Positions 26,947-39,641 are shown, counted from the first letter of the stretch. The stretch is 64,000 nucleotides of DNA from Octopus vulgaris (GCA_951406725.2 OX597821.1:116064001-116128000), one strand, 5' to 3'. The notes: generated by a model not told the origin, from the sequence alone. Numbers and translations are program-made.

Positions 26947-27323
26947 GAATGGTTGTATACTGTCAATCTAACATGAACGTGACAGTAGGGGGTACACCAC
27001 CGCTGTATAGCCCTAGGAAGCATCGACGCCTCCTGATGGCTTTGACACATTTTTCCCTGTGTCCTTATATACATTTACGAAGGGGAGACAAACACCCCCG
27101 GCCGCCAGAGCTGCATCTAGGGACACGATCCTGAAACACGTGTCCCTAGATGCAGCTCTGGCGGCCGGGGGTGTTTGTCTCCCCTTCGTAAATGTATATA
27201 AGGACACAGGGAAAAATGTGTCAAAGCCATCAGGAGGCGTCGATGCTTCCTAGGGCTATACAGCGGTGGTGTACCCCCCTACTGTCGTCACGTTCGTGTT
27301 AGATTGACAGCATACAACCATTC
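26947..27323. repeat. Near-perfect long inverted repeat: arms 26947-27127 and 27139-27323, 11-nt spacer
   Basis: Arms are reverse complements with only 2 substitutions and 2 small indels, all in the outer ~45 bp; mirror ORFs 27013..27207(-) and 27059..27253(+). Confidence 0.98.
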
Positions 27324-27625
27324 GAAATAAATTATTTTGAAGTGAAAAATAAAATTCTAGTGTTTCGAAGGGAATTCCGTTAATGAAAGTAAGTAAAATT
27401 TAACATTACTGCTGGCAAAATAAAAAAAAAGCAAGAGGGAGAGGGAGAGAGAGAAAGAGAAAGAGAGAGCTAGGGAGAGAGTGAAAGGGAGTGAGAGAGA
27501 GAGGTAATAGTGAAAAATAAGGGAGTTAGAGGCAAGGAGGGGTAACATGGAAGTAGGACAACGTCTTGATCGTAAACAGCAACACTAGCAAATTTTAAAA
27601 CTGCAAATAAATGGTCACAATCACT

Positions 27626-27696
<71 letters not shown>

Positions 27697-27714
27697 CATC
27701 CTCTCATATTGCTT

Positions 27715-28095
27715 ACTTATTTTTGTCATTAAACTGAAGTTATATTGGGACACCGCCTTGAATCATTTTAGTCGAGAGAATCGACCCCAGCACTTACTTT
27801 TCTAAAGCCTTGTATTTTTTCTATCGGTGTCTTAGGACGATCCGCTAAGTTACGGGGACGTAAACATACCGATGTCGGTATATATATATGTGTGTGTGTA
27901 TGTGTGTGTGTGTGCGTGTGTTTGTCCCTCACCAGTATTGGTTTGTATACGTCCCCGTAACTTGGTTAAGCAAAAAGAGAACGATGGAATAAGTACAAGG
28001 CTTAAAAATACAGGCACAGTGCTGAGTTTGTTCGACTATAATTCTTCAAAGATTGCCTCATCATACCCGCAGTCCAATGGATGAAACGTAAAATG
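27715..28095. mobile_element. Two partial SINE family B 3' halves in inverted orientation
   Basis: aagttacggggacgtaaacatacc at ~27847 versus ggtttgtatacgtccccgtaactt at ~27940. Confidence 0.75.
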
Positions 28096-28233
28096 ATTAA
28101 AAAACAATAATATAGGACCATTTCGTTCAATTCTTTTTACAACATGCGTAAGATCCGCAGATCTTACTCCGCACCCAAAATTACAGGCCTTACGCTTCGT
28201 AGTGATGATACATACATACATACATACATACAT

Positions 28234-28635
28234 AGGCGCAGGAGTGGCTGTGTGGTAAGTAGCTTGCTAACCAACCACATGGTTCCGGGTTCAGTCCCAC
28301 TGCGTGGCATCTTGGGCAAGTGTCTTCTGCTATAGCCCCGGGCCGACCAATGCCTTGTGAGTGGATTTGGTAGACGGAAACTGAAAGAAGCCTGTCGTAT
28401 ATATGTATATATATATATGCGTGTGTTTGTGTGTCTGTGTTTGTCCCCCTAGCATCGCTTGACAACCGATGCTGGTGTGTTTACGTCCCCGTCACTTAGC
28501 GGTTCGGCAAAAAAGAGACCGATAGAATAAGTACTGGGCTTACAAAGAATAAGTCCCGGGGTCGAGTTGCTCGACTAAAGGCGGTGCTCCAGCATGGCCG
28601 CAGTCAAATGACTGAAACAAGTAAAAGAGAAAAGA
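28234..28635 (+). mobile_element. tRNA-derived SINE family B, full length (CORE-like segment, internal microsatellite)
   Basis: A box tggctgtgtggt, B box ggttcagtccc, cttgggcaagtgtctt segment, tail gactgaaacaagtaaaaga; related copies near 10195, 36520, 50740, 54139, 59330. Confidence 0.88.
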
Positions 28636-28653
28636 GACATACATACATACATA

Positions 28654-28709
<56 letters not shown>

Positions 28710-29312
28710 GTTGTGTTTCCCCAGGTGATATGTAAATATTGTCTCCGTGAGTCCAAAATTCTCGGCTTCAAGAACTTCCTCTCTGTCAGGTGGGGCCTGA
28801 ATTTAACAGGTATCTGGATGCAATGTTGCTGAAGGACCGCCGACAAACTGCTTTGAATGTTTAGATGTAGTGGGATGGCAATTCTGCTACTGTTAAAGTG
28901 GTTGCCGTTTTAAAGGTATTCATATTTGATTTCTTTGTACTGTTGATCTGTTCTTCGTGGAAGCATTCGAATACTTTAAAACATCTTCTATTTAATATAT
29001 ACGTTATTGAAAACTGCTGGTGGTTTTAAGTGATACTTTAAACAAGGTTTTTTTTTTAAAATCAGTTTATAATTAACATTTATTTCTTCAATTAAAATGA
29101 AAATTACCATTCAACCATGTATTTTCAAGTGTTTCTTCTACGTCTATCCTACCTTTCTTTCCTCTGTCATATTTTTTCTCAAACTACCTCTCAGGCAATT
29201 TTTCCATCTGATTTTTACCGACACAAACCAGCTATAACCTCTAGTTTATTTTGTATCTTATTTCTGTGCAGTAAGCATTCGTTTTTCTGAATAGGAAAGA
29301 ATGTTTCCTTAC

Positions 29313-29475
29313 CGGTCCGTCTTTGAAAATTATCTTGTCTCCTTTCTTCTGAAAGTCAATGGACATGGCAAATCCATAAGTGAAAAGGTTCTGTCTGAGA
29401 AGGGAAAACAATGACCGACAAGAAAATGCCAGGAATAGATTGATATGAAGAATATTACTTTTGTAATGGAATCTC
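29313..29475 (-). CDS. Class B1 GPCR exon: ICL1-TM2-ECL1 (RFHYKSNILHINLFLAFSCRSLFSLLRQNLFTYGFAMSIDFQKKGDKIIFKDGP)
   Basis: tttccag acceptor and gtaagg donor; phase 2 in, phase 0 out; N..H.NLF..F..R motif. Confidence 0.94.
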
Positions 29476-29975
29476 CTGGAAAAGGAAAAAAACGCGATTT
29501 ATTAAATATTTTATAGATATAGATTACATTTTGAAATACATTAAATATCTGTAAACTCCGAACGATTCTGAGAACTTATGATGTGAATGTTACTCATGTA
29601 CTTTTGAAAGTTAATACCTACGGTACAGATATGAACTAAGATAGAATTTCAGAGATCTGACATTCTGAATGCAATTCATTCGCTATGCTTCAATATTGTT
29701 TCTATCTACCCAACATAACTAGTTAGATATGGCTTGACCTGAAGCTATATAACAGAAACTGACATTTACCCAAGATGCCAAGTTTGGATGCAAAGCGAAC
29801 TCTTAGCCAATCAGCTATATTTCACCTACCTTTCAATAGTAGTAAATTATAAACAAAATAATAATATTGAAATATTACTAAGTCTCAATGGAGAACATAT
29901 AGTTAAATCCTCAATGTCACTACAGTTAATCTGTCTCCGTAGACACTGATGATATTGTTAAACCGCCATATATTT

Positions 29976-30155
29976 ATATATTTCTTTATTGCCCACAAGG
30001 GGCTAAACATAGAGGGGACAAACAAGGACAGACAAAGGGATTAAGTCGATTACATCGACTCCAGTGCGAAACTGGTACTTTATTTATCGACCCCAAAAGG
30101 ATGAAAGGCAAAGTCGACCTCCACGGAATTTGAACTCAGAACCTAACGACCGCCG
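29976..30155 (-). mobile_element. SINE family A, 5'-truncated
   Basis: High identity to 1958-2190 in reverse. Confidence 0.85.
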
Positions 30156-30448
30156 TATATTCATAGCTTTGCTAAAACTGCATCCTTGCCATTGAACTTT
30201 TTTTCTGAGTTAAGCAATTCTAGAGGCAGAACCCCAAAATACATTTTTCGTATTAGAAAATCAACCTGTTCCTAAACTGGAGACATTATAATCCTAAAAG
30301 TATATGAAGCACAAGTTCAGCCCACATTAAACTACTGCTTACTAATCGTGGAATGCACTGTTGGCGTCCATAGAAAATCTGAAAGTGACCATGGTAACAC
30401 AAATCGAATATGGATTTGAAAATGCATGTTGATCTGTCAATATAAGAA

Positions 30449-30815
30449 TCACATTATATATAAACGGCAAAATGTCTGTCTGTGTGTGTGTCCTTTATAC
30501 AAATCCACAATTCTTCAGTTAGAGGGTTCGCACTTTCTATGGTCATTTAAAACCGTCCAAGGGTGGTCATGCACATCTTTAAATTTCCGCAGTCACCCTG
30601 CAAAGCCATTAAAAAATCAATAGAAGTGACTTTTTGTGAATTTTCTATCCAAAACCCAATCAAAATGCCCGAAACTTGATACGCCAATTGAATGCCAGCT
30701 AGCTGTATGTGATTGGTCGGAGATTTGGACAGTACTCACGTGTATGTGCGCACGCACGCAGCTGTATATGCATGCACTAGCAGTATGACCCGGCGTTGCC
30801 GGGTCATAGTGCTAG
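30449..30815 (+). mobile_element. Non-autonomous Helitron
   Basis: A|TC start followed by tatatataaa...tgtctgtctgtgtg; 3' GC-rich hairpin gacccggcgttgccgggtc then CTAG|T. Confidence 0.78.
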
Positions 30816-32040
30816 TGTAATTTAAAATATTATGTTAAAATCTTTTCCTTTGTTTTATAAAGTAAAAGTAATGTGGGGTCTTTCATAAATTGTATTAACT
30901 AATATAAAATGGAGCTTTGTAAATCGTTAAAATCAGATATAATCTACAATTGTTCATTTGATATTTCAACTGTTATCGCTTAGCGATAAGCGCTGAAATC
31001 AGTAGAACATCCATTTCAAAAGATGAACGTTTTTTTAACATTCCAAAGTTATACTATTGCAGTCACTTCGTTTATCTCTAGTAATTTTTGATATTCTTTA
31101 TTAATTTGTTTCATTATGTTAAAGAGCTTTAGGTTATCAATGCAACTCGGTTAACTAAGCAAACAGGAAAAAATATCCAGTCTCTATTTATAGATTAACT
31201 AGATATTGTTTCCATTGCAGTATGTTAAAGGTGTAACTTAATTCTCTTATTTTGCTATATTCCCTATTAACGCACAGTGCATGTCTTCTGGATTTCAGAA
31301 TTTGTTATTCTTATATTATTGTTATCTGATTTTCTCTTCCAGGACTTATCTCGATTCTGCCCAGTCAGTAGCGTATAGCATAAATAAACATTATGCCGAG
31401 AGACTTTCTATGATTTAGTTTCTTGGTGTTTCTAAAACTCGCCATTCTTGCTAGAGGTTTTACTTCCATCCATGCCTTTACATCAAATAAATTTAGATTA
31501 TATTCAGCTTATAATTTTCCGCCAGGAACTGATTGGAAACAACTGAATAAATATTCTAACGATCAGAAACTGATGTGATGAAACATTCATGGAGAAAGGA
31601 ATAGGTTAATTAAAAATAATGATGAATCACATCATAAGGAGAATTTTCGACTCTAGGTGGAGACAACAGCTTATTGTTACTCGGTAACAACTATTAAATA
31701 TAATTCCCTTAGACTCTGCTAAAATCATAGTTTTAGTACTGTGTGTATAGTTGATTCATTAATCCCCAGTGTGTTGCTTGTGTGTAACATGATATTATGC
31801 ACTTAACAAATGCCATGTGGTCAATTGAATTCCTGTCTTTCAGTCATGACTTATTAAACTGACAAATTAAGTATAGAATATATGACCTTATTTATCATTA
31901 TAATGTCTTATTTTGACATCAGATTTGTTTTGTTACAATAATGAATAACTGCTGTGCAATTAAATAATGAACTTTTCAACTGCAAGGGAAATCATTATCT
32001 AATGAAAATTAGATATTGTAACTGGATGCTTTAAGAATGC

Positions 32041-32600
32041 ATGCATGCATGCATACATACATACATACATACATTTACATACATACATACTTACATACAT
32101 ACATTCATACATACATACATACATACATACTTACATACACACACACACATAAATACATACATACATACATACATACATTACATACAAACATACATACATA
32201 GATACATATTCATACATACATACTTACATACATACATACATACATACATTCATACATACGTACATACTTACATACATACCTACATACAAACATACATACA
32301 TACATGCATGCATACATACATACATCCATACATACATACGTACATACATACATATATACATACATACATACATTCATACATACATACATTCATACATACA
32401 TACATACATACACACATACATACACACATACATACATACATACATACATGCGTACATACATACATACATTCATACATACATACATACATACATACATACA
32501 TACATACATACATACATACATACATACATACATACATACATACGTACGTACGTACGTACGTACGTACGTACGTACATACACATCACACACATACACATTC
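32041..32600. repeat. Long imperfect (TACA)n microsatellite ending in (TACG)n
   Basis: Directly visible. Confidence 0.97.
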
Positions 32601-32726
32601 AGACACACATTATTAATAATTGGCAGATGTTACATAGTAACTCAAGGGCCGAGAGTTTTGCGAATCGGCACTTATCACTTAATAAGTGCTAACGCAGGAA
32701 ACCTTGAGTTACTATGTAACTTCCGC

Positions 32727-33182
32727 TGAGCGAGGTATAAACAGTAGCCGTACGAGATCGTGAAGTATATTTACCACCTAAATGTGGCTAACCCTTAAGA
32801 GCTGATGCTACTGTCACTTGTAGCCCCAGGAAGGCATCTCTTCCAGCTGGCTATTGACACACTGTCTGTGCCAATCAGTATTTGCAAAGGGAAGTCATCG
32901 TTCCCATGTCCAGCCTGACGTGATACACATGGACCCGAGTTTCTGGGTATTGACCCATCATCAGCATGTGACAACAACCGACTGGCGATGTGAAGTGGTT
33001 CGCAATGCAAATATATTTACTTTTTCCAGTGACGAAAAGTCACTGATCTTGAAAAAGGAGAAATAAGCAATAATAAAGCACTGAACGAGGTATAAACAGT
33101 AGCCGCACCACATCGTGAAGTATATTTGCCACCTAAATGTGGCTAACCCTTAAGGGTTGATGCTATTGTATCTTGTAGCCCC
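32727..33182. repeat. ~100-bp direct repeat pair (32727-32828 and 33081-33182)
   Basis: ctga.cgaggtataaacagtagccg...cacctaaatgtggctaacccttaag..tgatgcta.tgt..cttgtagcccc occurs twice. Confidence 0.9.
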
Positions 33183-33294
33183 ATTAACCAAAAAATGAGA
33201 TGTGAGACCCCTCGAAAGAGGTAACATTTACAGGGTATGTTATTACAGTTTATGAATTATAAAACATCAAGTAAAATATGAGAAAAATTTTCAC

Positions 33295-33401
33295 CTGCAA
33301 AAGACCATTATCACAATCGCAACCAAAAGAGAGATCAACGACACAACATATCCAAAGTTTGTTAAGCCAAGAATATTGTGGATATGATTCTGCGCCAATA
33401 C
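33295..33401 (-). CDS. Class B1 GPCR exon: stalk and TM1 (VLAQNHIHNILGLTNFGYVVSLISLLVAIVIMVFC-R)
   Basis: ctatag acceptor and gtgaaa donor; phase 0 in, phase 2 out; GY..SL.SL..A motif. Confidence 0.93.
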
Positions 33402-34129
33402 CTATAGATTTGAAAAGAAAAAAATTATAAAATGAATATTAGAATGAAACTCTGAGTACGTAAAATACAACAATTACATGCACTGGAAACCATTTTTCTA
33501 GTATAAAATAAAGTACAAGTATTCCCCGCGTTACAGCTACCTCAGGCTACAGGATTTCACACTTACGAAAATTGTAAAGTGTGACCATTAATTTCGGGAT
33601 ATGGTCTGTAAATTCGGTCTTACGGAAACTTGTATTGCATAATTTAAAACTATGCAAATCCATTTCAAATAAAAACATGTAATGTAGTATTCTAATGTCA
33701 TTGATCCTAGGTCTATGAGGATTGACTTGAGACTTAACAGCCACAACAATACAATTGACAAGAACAATACAACCACTGCAACATTAACACTACCTGCCCA
33801 CAACCACTAACTAGTGCACCCCACGTCATTTCCACCATCAACCCACCAACTTTTGAATCTAACTGGCTACAACAGATATCAGCATGTTACGCCAACACAT
33901 ATGTGTGTATGAGTGTGTGTGTCTGTGTGTATGAGTTTGTGTGTAAGTGTTTGTGCGTATGAGTGTTTGTGTATGAGTGTAGGCGTGCGCGCGTACGAGC
34001 GTGTGTGATACTGTGTAATTATGTCTGTGTGTGTATTTATGTCTTATGCCAGAAGTGCAAGGAGCGAATTGCCAATACGATGAGTTGCAACAAATAAACA
34101 GATGAATAAATAAATAAATAAATGAAAAA

Positions 34130-35370
34130 AGTGAAACTTCTAACGAAAACCCTTTTTCACTAGTAAAATGTTGGTTTAAAAGGTTTAAGGAGCGCTTGAA
34201 TTTGTACCACATAAAAATGAGTGGTGAGACTGGGAGCGCTGATACAGAGGCTTCAACTAATTATCTTGAGCAGTTGTAGAAAATTATTGTTGAGTGTGTG
34301 TGTGTGGAGGGGGGGAGGAGGGTACACACCAGGACAAGTATACAACGTTGATGAAACTGCACTTTTGTGGAAGTGCGTGCCTATTAGAAATTTTATTTCT
34401 CAAGAAGAAAATTCACCACCAAAATTTAAAGCTTCCAAAAATCATTTGACACTTATTATTGGAGGAATTCCCGCTGGTGATATGAAATTAAAGCCCCTAC
34501 CCGTCATCACTCCAAAAATTCAAGGAATTTCAAGGATTTCACTAAGTTTAATCTAGCTCTGGTTTGGCGTTCGAATAAGAAAGCATGAATGGCTGAGAAC
34601 CTTTTCAAAGGGTGGTAGGTACAGTGACAGACACAGTATTTCCAACAAAGCATTGTTTCAGTTAGAGAATGCATCAAATCACCTTGCGAACATAAATGAT
34701 CTTTATGATAATGTAAGAGTAGAATATATTCCCGAGAATACAACTTCGTTGCTCCAACTAATGGATTAAAGTGTGATAGCTAACTTCAAGGCATATTACA
34801 TGAGAACTTGTAAATAACTTACGAAAGCTATTGACAGGGGACATAAATCTAGAGTTAGGGATTTGTGGAAGAAATTCAACATAGCGGATGCTGTGGATAA
34901 TATTGCTGAATCATGGGATGAAGTGAAACCTTCAAATTTAAATAGTGCTTAGAAAAGTATATAGTCAGACTGTATCTGTGATATTGCAAGTTTTTCTCAA
35001 GCAGAAATTTTATATCAAAGTCTTGCAAAGGATTTGAAGAAGTCATAGAGGATGATGTGATCGAGTTGCGAGAGACCCAGGAAGAAAATTTATCTAACAA
35101 GGAGCTGATGCTTTTAGAATAAAGGACAAGCTGAGAGAACAGATTAGCCACTTAACCTTAACCAACAAAAAATACTGCTAATGGGTTGATACTTATAGAA
35201 GAAGGTTGGCAGTTTTTTGCTGATAATGATCCTAATCATGAACGTAACATAAAAGCTACATGAGGAGCGTAAATAAGCTCAGTTCCTACACTGAGCTATG
35301 GAAAGAGTTAATGCATCATAAACAACAAACAACTTCTTCATCCCTCGAGGCGATGTTCATGAATTATAAG
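34130..35370 (+). mobile_element. Decayed Tigger/pogo (TIGD1-like) transposase
   Basis: WFKRFK, GYTPGQVYNVDETALLWK, FKASKNHLTL..GDMKLKPL, PENTTSLLQLMD..IANFKAYY; many stops. Confidence 0.88.
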
Positions 35371-35373
35371 GTA

Positions 35374-35878
35374 CTAGCAGTATCACCCGGCGTTGCTCGG
35401 GTTTGTAAGGGAAATAACTATATAAGCATTTTTAGTGAGTTATAGCAAAAAAATAGCAAAAAAATTCATTAAAAATGGAATAAAAAATGATGGTAATTTT
35501 GGTGTCTTCAAGCCATGAAGTCGTTGTTCTAAAAGAACGCTGGTCTCCTTGACAATGCTTTACGACGTTGATTTCCTTACACTCCCTTCCCCACAGCTCC
35601 ACGAGGGAGGGAAGAAGGGGGAGAAGCAACACAGGTGCAGGTGTGACCATGGACACCAACTCCGCCGCCATCGACACACGAAAAAATATGCGTTAAAATG
35701 GAAAAAAATGATGTTAAATCATCGTAGACGCGCGCTAATACCCAGACGGGCTCGATATGAATCACGACTATAAGATACCCGAATTTGGTTAAACTGCACC
35801 GCAAAATGTGGGAGTAGTTAGGAATCTAAATCGTAGGAGACAGACACTCACACAACTACAGTTTTATATATATATAGA
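35374..35878 (-). mobile_element. Non-autonomous Helitron inserted at the end of the Tigger remnant
   Basis: Minus strand A|TC...cccgagcaacgccggg hairpin...CTAG|T; same family as 53149-53543. Confidence 0.85.
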
Positions 35879-36059
35879 TTGTCCCTCATTCTCCTACTAA
35901 CGTTCATTCCACCACCACCCCTTACACACTTATCAACCTCTTTTGTGGTAAGAGCGTACTCCTTTGATTTTACGTTTCTTATTAATTCCCTAATGTATTC
36001 CTTTTGAGATGTTTTTGTGTTTTTATGTATCTATATCGTACCGTGTATATTATTTGATT

Positions 36060-36345
36060 AACATCGAAAGGTTGAAAGGCAAAGTCGACCTAGGAGGGAT
36101 TTGAACTCAGAACATAACTGTGGATGAAATACCTGTTTCTTTACTACCCACAATGGGCTAAACACAGAGAGGACAAACAAGGACAGACAAACGGATTAAG
36201 TCGATTACATCGACCCCAGTGCGTAACTGGTACTTATTTAATCGACCCCGAAAGGATGACAGGCAAAGTCGATCTCGGCGGTATTTGAAGTCAGAACGTA
36301 ACGGCAGACGAAATACCGCTAAGCATTTTTCTCGGCACGCTCGTC
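36060..36345 (-). mobile_element. SINE family A with partial internal tandem duplication
   Basis: Two successive ggcaaagtcga...tttgaa.tcagaac units. Confidence 0.82.
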
Positions 36346-36888
36346 ACCCTCGGCCTCGTTGATAGTGGACTATTATTGAAGGACTCGTAAGTTTTGAATT
36401 CCAAAAATTCAAATTAAATAAACCTATTAAAAATTGAATTTGATGTGAAAAGTGTGTGTGTGTGCACGCGCGTGCACACACACACGCGCGCGCGCGCACA
36501 CACACACACAGACACAGTTTTAGAGTGTTTCACTCGTGATCACGAGACCGTGGTTTTAATTTCCAGGCCGATTGTGCGTTGTGTTATTGAGCAAAACACT
36601 CCATTTCATGTTGCCCCAGTCCACTCATCTGCAAATGGGCAACCCTGCGACGGACTGGCGCTCCGTTCAGGAGAAAAGTTTGTTTCCATCCACATGGTTC
36701 TGGGTTCAGTCCGACTGCGTGGCCCCTGGGTAAATTAGCTGTTATCTCCAGGCCGACTTAAACCTTGTGAGTGTATCTGATAGAAGAAACGTTCTTTCTG
36801 CTATTAACTGTTTCTTCGTTCAATTTATAAGGCTGTGCTCTACCTGTGTTTTATTTATTCATTAGAACATCAATAAACAATAACTCAC

Positions 36889-36992
36889 TGTTTCAACTGG
36901 AGTTATACAACGAGAGTAATCCGTCCAGCTCTTGTTTGTTTTCGGGCTACGGAACCATTCGCCCGTTTCTGTGCACCTGCGAGAAGCATATT
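36889..36992 (-). CDS. Class B1 GPCR exon: ectodomain C-terminal part (E-YASRRCTETGEWFRSPKTNKSWTDYSRCITPVET)
   Basis: tttttcag acceptor and gtgagt donor; phase 1 in, phase 0 out; R.CT..G.W...WTDYS.C motif. Confidence 0.94.
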
Positions 36993-37164
36993 CTGAAAAA
37001 TTAAAATCATATCCCAGGTAAGAAAACTTTTCTATTTTCTGAAAGATCTGTAATTTTTTTTTTTTTTTTATAATTAATCCAAATTATTAATACCTAAGCT
37101 GCTATTGACATCGGTTCAACTCTCAGATTATCACACAATATTTGTTGGTAATTTAATATAGTTT

Positions 37165-37320
37165 CAAATTTTGCACAAGGCCAGCAATTTCGAGGCAAGG
37201 GCAGATCGATTACATGAACCCCAGTGTTCGGCGGAATTTGAACATAGAATGTAAAGACAGACGAAATGCTACTAAGAATTTTGCCCGGCGTGCTAACGAT
37301 TCAGCTAACTCGCCACCTTA
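37165..37320 (-). mobile_element. SINE family A, internally deleted
   Basis: tcggcggaatttgaac...tttgcccggcgtgctaacg...ctcgcc. Confidence 0.72.
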
Positions 37321-37831
37321 ATGTTGGTTATTTAATATAGATAATAGACTAGCAAGGTGATTTTAATCTGAAGACATTATGAATTTTCTTTAAAAGATGG
37401 CATTTATAGTAATGCTACAGTTACAAGTCGTTAGGGAACAGATGCAATATGCAAATCTAACAACAGATAGATGACTAGTTTCAAGTTGCTGACTCTCATT
37501 TAGCACTGGCGAAGTTGGAACCAATCTCTTTTGTCTAGATCTTACTTTTAGTTTCTAGTAAGATAACCAGTCTGATCTCATCCCAAGAAAACATAGAGTA
37601 ATGTAAGTTACACTTCGAACTATTCCATCAAGAAAATGAGGAAGGCTTGCTTTCTACTTCTCGATAATTATATGTGTATAGCTATTCTTGTGTGAATATT
37701 TAATATAAAGCGACAAACAATATTTGATAGTGATAAATGATTACATATAATGCAAGTATAACTGTCTTTTTACAATTAGTTCGTTAATTTATCATAAAAT
37801 ACAAATGAATAAAGGTAATATATAGACCTAC

Positions 37832-37945
37832 CGAATCTGTTAAACCCTATTATATATGAAGGGCAAATTTGTGTAGCTGTGCTTGAAGCGCGTGTATCGG
37901 TCCAACATGCAACGCCATCCCATGTCCGGTTGCACCACAGACCAC
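37832..37945 (-). CDS. Class B1 GPCR exon: ectodomain core (S-GLWCNRTWDGVACWTDTRASSTATQICPSYIIGFNRF)
   Basis: ttttaag acceptor and gtaggt donor; phase 1 in and out; C..TWDG..CW...CP.Y..GF signature. Confidence 0.95.
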
Positions 37946-39641
37946 CTTAAAAAGAATTAAGTATCATTAAAATTTGTTTAAAATTTGTTGATTAAAAACG
38001 TTTTAAACGCAGAAATTTACTGCTACAATGTAATTCGATATTTAGTCACCCTTTTTAAATCAACGAATAAGCCATTATAAATTGAGCTGTTTACTAGTAG
38101 AACGCATTAAAAATATATTAACGTATTAACATTTAAAGGTATTACTTTGATTCTGAATCACTAATGTCTAGTTGTCGTTTTTAGTTACAAAAACGCAAAC
38201 TCAATTCAGATTAAAGATACTCCTTAATATCAATGGAATATACATGAACATATATCTATAGATAATTTTGAATAGTTAATAAAAATTGATTCATAATTTA
38301 ATAAATACAGTTTAAGGAACAATAAGAACCAAGTCAATATAGGTCAATGTTGAAGAGCCTGGCCTTAGATTCTTAAGATTAATATATTTCTCCAAGATAA
38401 TTTCAAGTTGCAAGAAGTAACTGAGATTTGTTTCTCATTAGATTTGTTCAATAGTTTTGCCGTGAAAATATGAAAGAAATATTAATAAATGAAATAAAAT
38501 TATGGAGAGTATATATGGTATGAATTCCAAAAGCTTTCATAATGAGTTTTCATGAATAAGTCAATTCTATAAAGACATTTATATAACGAAGTAAGGTCAA
38601 TTAAACTGGTAGTTTTTCTAGACACATTAGACTGTATCTTCTGAACTTATTCCGTTCATGTCTGAAATACATTTTGCATTATTTAAGAGGCTTTAGTGGT
38701 TTCGTACGTTGATGGTTGATGAAGTTAGTGTGTTCATAACACATTAATTTCATCAACGTAAGAACCCCCCCTCCAAAAAAAAAAAACAACTTAAATAACG
38801 TAAAATATATTTCAGATAATGAATACAGTAAGTTTAATATCATATTGATGAATTACAATAGGCAAAAATAAACAAGAAAAAAAATAAAATAAAATAAAAT
38901 AAATACATATATCTGAAGGTGGCACTGTTAAAAAGAAAATGCTTCAATTTAATTTTTAGTGCAGCAACAAAATGAATAGTTCAGTATATTTATCAACAAC
39001 AATAATAACTGCTAGGCAATGGAGCAGCTTTATGGTAGCTCGCCCTACTAGAAAGAACAGCCGAGTCTCTTTAAAATCCATTCTTTAGTTTTAAAGAAAT
39101 GTTACACTGTGCCTCCACTGAACAAAGTAGACCAACATATACTCAAAAATGAGATGGTCACTTTTGCAATAATTTTGTTCATAAGTCTTAATTAGGGCTA
39201 ACTAAAGACCAAAATATAGTTATCATCTACGGACAAAAAAATAATAAGCGGTTTGTATTCATGTCGGACTAATACATTCATTTAATTCACCAAGATAATT
39301 GCTACAGAGACATACAGGGGTTCAAATTTATAGGATAACGAAAACGCGACTGTTTGTTATTACTTTTGTTTATAGTCGATAATATTGTCCGCAGGGAAGT
39401 AGCGAGAACAACTGATACTTTTATTGACCCTGGAACTCTTACCGGAAGACTATATTGTCGATTGTAGCTGCTTAGAAGAAGTGATTTGGATAGACTAAAT
39501 CTTATCCAGATTTAAAGAGCAGAATCAATTACAGTGTATAAACTGTTGACTCAACAATATATAGCTCAGTACTTTCAGCTAGCGGTCGTTCTCGACATTA
39601 CAATGAAACTATACAATTTCTATGAAGTTAAGGTTACTCAC

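Noticed and set aside
27013-27253. Two near-identical 64-aa ORFs on opposite strands
   Set aside because: Automatic consequence of the palindrome; no coding evidence
28234-28305. tRNA gene
   Set aside because: tRNA-like head continues into a SINE body; no complete cloverleaf
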